From: the human T2T-CHM13v2.0 reference genome, Homo sapiens
Assembly: GCF_009914755.1 (NCBI RefSeq)
Contig: NC_060926.1
Reading direction: 5' to 3' (one strand)
Length of the DNA stretch: 64,000 nucleotides
Numbering within the stretch: position 1 is the first letter of the stretch; every line of letters starts with the position of its first letter. Made by a program: the position numbers and the translations under genes. Of this stretch, positions 55,736-64,000 are shown in pieces. The notes under the pieces are model-generated. The model was not told where the DNA came from. It made no database searches and saw only the letters and a program-made list of their open reading frames with translations.

Positions 55736-58700
55736 ACTATAAAACCGTACTGATTTTAATTTTATTTTTCAAGTGAATAATTGCTGCAATGGAACTAAGA
55801 GCAGAATAGGCTAAATCAATGGTAGACAAAGCTATAGCGTTTAGAGATATAAGACTTTCCCTGGGCTATGAAATGGTGTCAAGAAATATGAGGTTATTTG
55901 TAACTGGCAGTAGGACAGTGGAAATGAATCATTGAAGCATAGTGGCCAGTCCATCAGGACTATCAACACTTGTTTCCCTGTGGCTGAACCAGATCCTGAG
56001 AGACACAGCCTTAAAGTGAATGAAATTTCATCCACTTCACAGGGAAATGAAAATGCTGTGGGCCCAGAGAGCTGTTGTTTGTTGTTGTTTTCAAATTGGG
56101 CTTGTGTCCCCATCCCCTTTCATTGACTTAAATTTAATCAGTTGAAATTAGTTTTAAGTACCATTTATTTTAACCTTTTAAAATGGAAGATACGCCTTTT
56201 TAGGGAAAATTGAATTTGGTTGTATGGATGAGACACACTGTCCTTGGCTTATTCTTGTCAAATGAGGATATTTTTGTGCTGTATTTTGAGCTGATTCAGT
56301 CAGAATTCATGGTGCTGATTGTATTTTGGGGGCAGGCATAAAAAACTAATGTAGATGGAAGATCATGAAAAATGGCAACAGCCATTTGTGATGTATCAGA
56401 TGCCATCAAGCTACTCTTTCAAGGAGGCAATAGAACTAAACTCCAAGCCCGTGATTAGGAGTCCATATCATAATTACATTAGAGCCTTTGTCTTGTAAAA
56501 TATTTCTAATCTATATTCTCCTGCAATTACATGTCTTTTCTTCATGTCTAAGTCCTAATTCTCTTGAGGCATAGATTGTAACTTGTTTCATTTTCTTACA
56601 TCTCAGTAAAGAGAAGATATTCAGTAAAGTCCTGGTTGACTTAAAAGTATAAAACAGCATTAAATTTTGAGTAAGTTACTTAGATAATTTCAAAAACTGA
56701 CAACATTTTATTAATCAGTAGGAAAAGAATAACTATCTATTAAAATATCTTGCCAAACATTCTTGCTTATTTTTGAAAGTATAGTGGCCTCCTTAAAAAT
56801 TACCTTGATTATAATAGTATGTACCAGTTTTTTAAAGTAAAGAACAAATGAGTAGATGAGGAATTGCTTAGACTAATCATTTTTTGAAATAATAGTGGAC
56901 TCTATTATTGACAGCATCAACAGCTAATTAAAAATTCTATTAGTGAAGATGTAAAAGATGGCACATTTCCAATCTAGATTGACACTGAGGACATAGACAT
57001 AATTGATATTTGTTCAATAATCCTAAAATGTTTCACAGTCTCTAATAGAGGCTGTGATTGCCAAAGAAAGTTTCAAGTGCTAAAAATATATATATTCTAG
57101 GCACTTAAAGATATTTTCAGATCAAATAATGCACCTTTAAAAAAAAGTAAAATTTTAGCTGAATGAGCATCAAAGGATATTTTAGTGGGTTGACTTTGTT
57201 TTAAAAAAAAACACAGAGTCAAGATAATGTATGGTGTGATTCACATGTTTTTAATCTGGTTATAGTGGATGTAATAAGAAAGTCAAAAGAGGATAATTTG
57301 CTAGTTGGACTTTTAAATTTTAGAGAAGTATTTTGTAATGGTCACATAAATGAATGCATATTGAAAAAATCTGCAATGACCATTAAATATTCCACTTTGG
57401 AAAAACAAGATCATAGCTTTAACAAAATGCTTCAATATTATAGTTCACTGCTTTTGACAATATTAAACCCAAATTGAATATGTTTCTATATAGGATATTT
57501 TCACACGGCAACTTAAAAACTTGGCATAATAATTTTCCTACTTTTGATAATCAATTCTGCTCCCAATAATTATAGATTTACCTCACCAATTATTTCAAAG
57601 GATGGACAGAGAAGTAAAGCCTTGCCGAGAAAGGTAGTAAGTGAAACCAGAACATTTTACAAAATGTTAAGAAATGGGCACTTAATTCTTGAGGAAACAT
57701 AACTCATTTCACCAGCAAACAAAAATCCAATGCCAAGAAAACTGACATTATGCTAAAATATTCAATGTCTCAAGTGTGTATACGACTTAAGGTAAAAATG
57801 GATGCCTAATATCATCAGTGACCAATTCATCCCATTGAATGAAAAATATTCAGAGGAATAAGCACACTCTACTGAAGCTAGTTGTGCAATCCTCATTGAT
57901 CAATTTGAAATAACCACCTACAGATATCAATTACCTTGGTCCATACTGCTCTTGCTCACATAAGCTTGACTGTGCCTCAATTCAAAGAAATTTTTTTTTA
58001 ATTGTGACATAATAAACTAATATGATGTGTGAACCAACATGGGAATTTAAGTTCTCAAAGATATACTGAAAGATTTTGCCTCTGAGGAGAAACACATTTT
58101 ACTAAAATCATGCCAATTGACACAGGAAATTTGATGAAGATCTCCAAATATCACAGATTAAACCCGAAATATGTAGTATGTTTTTACAACTTTTCTAGGG
58201 CATTTGAAAACATATGCAACTATGTAGACATGTTTATGATTCTATTTACACATTCATTTTTACATTGCCCTATAATCAGATGACACAGGAAAGGAATTTT
58301 TTTTCATTTGAAGGAATATGAGAAACAGTTTCAAGCATAGACTAGCTGAGGAGTAGGGGGCTTTATTTTATTACTTTGTGACATCCTGAGGGCATGCTTC
58401 TGGTATGAAGAAGACTTAGCTGTCTGAAAGTATTCCTGTTTGTGAGAATACCTTTAATGCTGTGACCCTGGGTGTGCCTGCATGTGTGTGTGTCTTTGTG
58501 TGTGATATAGTTACATAGATAGATAATATGTATATAGGCTTAATAGTGTCTGGTAATACCCTGCTACATCCTCTTATGAGCATCTGATAACCATTCCTTA
58601 ATGAATTGGAAAAGTATTATTTTAGTTAAATGAATGATTACATACTACCTGTTTTCATGCTGTGTATAAAAGGATACCAATGAAGAGAATTAGGTTCTTG

Positions 58701-59178
58701 GAGAAACAGGGAGATGTTGAAAAGCAATCAAGAAAAATGTTGGGGGTAAAGGGACTGGAACACCTGTGGGGAAGGCACCATTCCTCCTCACATATGTCTT
58801 CATCCCTGAAAATCTGCTAAGCCCTTGGCCTGCAGGTGAGCAGCATGCACAAAAGTAGATTTGTTAATTTTCTGAAAAGAATACAGCTGGCTGGCTCAAA
58901 GAGTTAAGGCAACATGATAATAAGGCTGATATCATATAAACTATGCCCCTTTATGGAAGATTGATGCATTAAAAAAAATCATGTAAGTATCCACTGTAGT
59001 GCAAGTACTGTAATAGATGCTAAGGACTCAAGGATTAATTTTTTTTTTAAGGAGAAATAAGATTTCTTGGTCTTCTTACAAGGAGCTCAAAACTGCACTT
59101 CCAACCCCAGGTAAACATCTAAAAATATATTCTGTTGGACCTTCAAGGCCTTCAGGCTAAGGGAACAACTGAACCTTT

Positions 59179-59815
59179 CTTTTCTTTTCTTTTCTTTTTT
59201 ATTTTACTTTAAGTTCTAGGGTACATGTGCACAACGTGCAGGTTTGTTACATATGTATACATGTGCCGTGTTGGTGTGCTGCACCCGTTAACTCGTCATT
59301 TACATTAGGTATATCTCCTAATGCTATCCCTCCCCCCTCCCCCCACCCCCCGGCAGGCCCCAGTGTGTGATGTTCCCCACCCTGTGTCCATGTGTTCTTA
59401 CTGTTCAATTCCCACCTATAAGTGAGAACATGTAGTGTTTGGTTTTCTGTCCTTGTGATAGTTTGCTCAGAATGATGGTTTCCAGCTTCATCCATGTCCC
59501 TGTAAAGGACATGAACTCACCCTTTCTTATGGCTGCATAATATTCTATGGTGTATATGTGCCACATTTTCTTAATCCAGTATATCATTGATGGACATTTG
59601 GGTTGGTTCCAAGTCTTTGCTATTGTGAATAGTGCCGCAATAAACATACGTGCACATGTGTCTTTATAGCAGCATGATTTATAATCCTTTGGGTATATGC
59701 CCAGTAATGGGATGGCTGGGTCAAATGGTATTTCTAGTTCTAGATCCTTGAGGAATCCCCACACTGTCTTCCACAATGGTTGAACTAGTTTACACTCCCA
59801 CCAACAGTGTAAAAG
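59179..59815 (-). mobile_element. 5'-truncated L1PA (PA5/PA6-like)
   Basis: ORF 59405..59938 gives the L1 ORF2 C-terminus (HCWWECKLVQPLWKTVW...MFSLIGGN); L1PA 3'UTR; TSD ctgaaccttt at 59169-59178 and 59816-59825. Confidence 0.97.
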
Positions 59816-60584
59816 CTGAACCTTTATTTTCAGGAGGAATACCTGAGAGATCACCAAAGGGTAGAGCAGACTTGTCATCTCCATACTCAAAAAGTTGCAT
59901 AGTCTCTCCCATAGTTTATTGGATGCCTCTCTTTGCATCTCATCCTCATGGCCCCCAGCCTGATCTCCACAGGCTAGAGCCTTCCTTGCAAGATCAATCC
60001 AGCCCCCTTAACCTTTCACTGAAACACGGAAATTTTTCTGAATCTGCTCTGCATTTAGCAGTTGTAGGCACCCTGCAGATGGGGCCTCCTCTGGAAGCTG
60101 GCCTTCTCCGGGAACCCCCAGTGGAGGCCTTTATTGTGTCCCACCCACTTTGTGTGCACTTGAAAATCTAACAAGCATGTGTTTTCCTAATAGGCAGTAC
60201 TCCTTGGATAAACTATTGTTAATCTGTATCATCTTGTATTCTCTTGTGTCTTTTTTTCTTCTTTCCTCATTTTTCATTTTTTACGTTTTCTCATATGAAA
60301 GGTCACCTTTACTTGGTCACTTCAGTGGAATAGTTCCCAATTTCAGGCCTAAAAGCTTATAAGAAAAATGTGTATTTTGATGAATTTTCATACTTTTGAT
60401 CATCTGGAGAACTAATGTAATCTGTTTTAGGTCCCTGGACCTTTTTCCTTGAGATGTGCTGTCACACCTTTGAATCTGAGGTTAAATTGAAGTTATATGA
60501 AATTTTTCCACTTAGAGGATTTGGGTAGATATCTTCTGCTATGATTCACTTTTGACTTTTTAATTTTTTTGGCCTGAACTCTTC

Positions 60585-60790
60585 AATAATTCAGCAAATA
60601 TTAATTGAGCATCTAGGCACATGAGGGAAATGGCAAGATGCGTAAAACACAATCTAGTCCCTGCCCTCAACAAGTTCATGATTAAGGAGAGAGCAGAGAG
60701 ACCAATACACAACTAATTATAATAAAGCTAACTATGATAAATGCTGAAAGGGGGTTTAAAAATGCTATATGATCACAGAGAAGGCAGCCA
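60585..60790 (-). mobile_element. L2 3' end
   Basis: attcagcaaatattaattgagcatcta...tagtccctgccctcaacaagttca. Confidence 0.7.
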
Positions 60791-61340
60791 TGAGAAAATA
60801 GTGTTGTAGCTGGGACAATAGGACACACCCTCTTTATCACCCAGTATTTCCAGACACTTGCAATGAAATCATTAGATTCAATTATAAAGTACAACTTAAC
60901 TGTGCAGCAAATTAGAAGAGACTTTAAAAAATTTAAATTCTTAATCCCATCAATAATACATGATATTTTTGCTGCTGACTAGAGAGAAATTTAAGACTCA
61001 GGGAAAATTTTCATTTAAAATCTAAGGGATTTTCCAAGCAATCAGGGTGTTTTCCATTATAGTTTCTTTCTCTAAAGCTGACAGAATATAGTAAAAAGTT
61101 TAGGGCAAAACTTTCTGGGAAAATAGCAGTTGAGACAGGCAGATAACTTTGGGTCATAAATTTATATTACTGAATATTCTGCAGATACATACAAAATTTA
61201 TTTAAATATTTTAAACTATAAACTATAATCTTAGTAGCCTAGAATGTTTGGCCAAAATATTTCTATACTTATAAGTGGGTTACAAACTATTCATTTGTAT
61301 ATAGTACTATGTAATATATATACATACAGTAATACAGCAC

Positions 61341-61714
61341 TGATATGGTTTGGCTCTCTCCCCACCCAAATCTCATCTTGAATTGCAGCTCCCACAATTC
61401 CCATGGGTCATGGGAGGGACCCAGTGGGAGGTATTTGAATCATGGGGGTGGGTCTTTCCTGTGCTGTTCTCGTGATAGTGAGTAAGTCTCACAAGATCTG
61501 ATGGTTTTATAAAGAGGAGGAGTTCCCTGCACAAGTTCTCTCTCTTTGCTGGCCACCATCCATGTAAGATGTGACTTGTTCCTTCTTGCCTTCCGCCATG
61601 ATGTGAGGCCCCCACTAGCCATGTAAAACTGTGAATCTATTAAACCTCTTTTTCTTTATAAATCACTCAGTCTTAGGTATGTCATTATCAGCAGTGTGAA
61701 AACAGACTAATACA
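61341..61714 (+). mobile_element. THE1C-like solo LTR (ERVL-MaLR)
   Basis: TGATATGGTTTGGCT...GACTAATACA with TG..CA ends; 5-bp TSD agcac at 61336-61340 and 61715-61719. Confidence 0.96.
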
Positions 61715-62544
61715 AGCACCATAGTAAAAAATGGTGGAGCAAATTGAACTTTCTTTACAGTTTTGAAAAACTGAAGAGGCCAACTAGGATGACCAAAGGT
61801 CAGTTTTCCCCCATCTATTGACATAGATAAGGCAGACCCCAGACTGCCAGAAAAAAACAAGTTCCATATTACATACAAGTCACTTACTCTTTAAACTTCT
61901 CAAGTTAGTAATTATCCCAAAACTTCATTAATCTGCAGTCTCTTCTGAACACTCCACTAGCCAGGAGGGAAACGGGGAAAGGGGAGAATCAGGAAGAAAT
62001 AAGAAATGCTTCCCAGTGCCAGGCACATAGTAGACTCTCAGAAATGTGGATTAAATGGATGAGGTCAGGTCACAGCTAATATTTAGTTACTTCATTGTGA
62101 TTCCTCCATACCTCAAGGGTTACAGGATGAAAACTGCAGTGGAGAAGGATGGTCTTCAAATGATGTCCCTCCCTCTTCAAAAAAAAATCTGTTCAGTGAA
62201 TGTGGCTAAAGCAAATTAAAGGATTCATATATTTTCGAAAGATTTGCGGCCAAGAGATTCGAACCAAAAGCATTTGCTGCTTTACTCTCAATCAAGCAGA
62301 AAATTCAATTAACCGTAACACACCTGGTCCCCTGAGCATTCTGGCCAATCCAGGTTATACAGCATTGATTAAAAGTATCTACTCTCTGTCTAGGGTTCCA
62401 GGTGGAATTGAGAAGGAGCTAAAAGAAGCTGTGTTTATGCTTTTCAAGAGCTATTAGTGGTGTGTGCATGTGAAGACTGCATAAGTATCTCTGTTCTCTG
62501 CTCTCTCATCTCCCCTGTCTCAGATGTGGATAACTGTTACTGTT

Positions 62545-62745
62545 ATTCCTAACAATTGCTATGTACGTGCCAGCCACACTCTTCTAATAGCTTTAGTAGT
62601 ATTAGGTCATTTAGCCTTTTTCCTTTGGGGCAGGTACTATTATATCTCTCATTTGCAGGTGACAGAAAGGTTAAATAATTTGTCCGTGGTACAAAATTAG
62701 AAAGTGGCAGAGCTCAGTTTCCATCCCAGGCTGTCTGGCTCCCTA
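62545..62745 (-). mobile_element. MIR
   Basis: ggtactattatatctctcatttgcagg...gaaaggttaaataatttgtcc...aagtggcagagc...cccaggctgtctggctcc. Confidence 0.8.
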
Positions 62746-63123
62746 CATCACCTTGCTTTTCCATTTCTGAAATAGCAGAGTGTTCACATATCCATCAACA
62801 CCTGCAGGTCTACTCTGAAAAAGGCTTTGCTTCAGTGGAACTGTCTGGGTGAGGAGGATGCTGCCTCCCATGAAGATCTTAAGGCAGAAATATAAATGTA
62901 AATTTTGCTCATTAAAACCATAATTAATTTATTGAAAGTGAATTGTTATTATTTCAGGGATGAATGCATATTGGAATATGCTGATTATTTTAATGAACCA
63001 AGAGCCTCTTCTGGGATACTTCCCTTGTATTATTTGCAAGCAGGTCACCGTAAATTTTCTAAGAGAGAGAATGAATAGATTGCTGCTCATTTTCAAGTTT
63101 TGCCTTATGAAAAATGCAAAAGA

Positions 63124-63420
63124 GGCTGGGTGCTGTGGCTCACGCTGTAATCCCATCACTTTGAGAGGCCCAGGCGGGCAGATCATAAGGTCAAGAGATC
63201 AAGACCATCCTGACCAACATGGTGAAACCCCATCTCTACTAAAAATACAAAAATTAGCTGGATGTGGTGGGGCGTGCCCATAGTCCCAGCTACTCGGGGG
63301 GCCAAGGCAGGAGAATCACTTGAACCCGGAGGGAGTGAGCCAAGGTCATGCCACTACACTCTAGCCTGGTAACAGAGCAAGACTCCATCTCAAAAAACAA
63401 AAAAAACAAAACAAAAAAAA
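63124..63420 (+). mobile_element. AluSc-like with short right-arm deletion
   Basis: ggtcaagagatcaagaccatcctg and cctggtaacagagc; ccggagggagtgagcc lacks gcggaggttgc. Confidence 0.95.
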
Positions 63421-63896
63421 CGGAAAAGAAAATATGTGCTGTATATTGGGAGATGATAAGACGATATCTTTGTTTAGGAAAGAAAGGCCTAACATCATCT
63501 GTTTTAGACTCACTATTCTCCTCTAGGTGGCCATTTCTTGCACTACAGATGTCAGCTGCCGGGACCAGTTTGTGTGGTGCTGTGCCTACACAATGCAGGC
63601 ACATTGCAATGTCTCCAATATAATTGTTATGTTTAACATTTAGAGCCATTTATGTGGGTTTCCTCTCCTGTGTTCCACTGTATTCCATTTTTAATCTCCT
63701 CAAGACACACAGTAGAAAAGCTGCCAGAATTTGTTTTTTCTCTTCATATGTTATAGGGTCTGAGGTTTCATCTTTCATATTTCCACATTGCAGGAAAGAT
63801 GAGCAATGACATATTGACCAAGGCTGTGAATGAAAATAGTGCATACCTAAATACTTCTCTTTAGGTCTCATCATCAGTTCCATTCATTCATAATCA

Positions 63897-64000
63897 GCAT
63901 TAGTCTTCTATTGCTGCTGTAACAAATTACCACATACTTGGTATCATAAAACAACATAAATTTATTCTCTTAACGTTTTGGAGGCCATAATTCTGAAGTT
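63897..64000 (-). mobile_element. MLT1 LTR (MaLR), truncated by the window end
   Basis: attagtcttctattgctgctgtaacaaattaccaca...aaaacaacataaatttattctctt...tggaggcca. Confidence 0.85.

Noticed and set aside
59405-59938. 177-aa ORF similar to the L1 ORF2 protein
   Set aside because: C-terminal remnant of a 5'-truncated L1PA fused to flanking sequence; not a functional gene.

Overview
Human/primate genomic DNA: AT-rich, CpG-poor, no CpG island, dense in Alu, L1, L2, L3/CR1, MIR, MER/Tigger and MaLR remnants. The only protein-coding sequence I can support is one 111-bp + strand internal exon (43275-43385) encoding (R)FGKKKEDKGGKAEQKGTLKHGGLREEELEKMKEERE(R), which I recognise as PARD3B (2q33). The rest of the window is therefore two very long introns. 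The listed six-frame ORFs are repeat-derived or random. I found no convincing new multi-gene system. The best leads are local: a ~1.25-kb AT-rich VNTR grown out of an Alu tail/TSD, a tail-to-tail inverted Alu pair with an 18-nt spacer, a trimeric Alu inside one TSD, splicing signals around the exon (cryptic AG, tandem RBFOX motifs, candidate poison exon), a perfect TALE-homeodomain palindrome, and a well-preserved tRNA-Ile-derived MamSINE1. Repeat subfamily names come from remembered consensus sequences and ancient-repeat boundaries are approximate.
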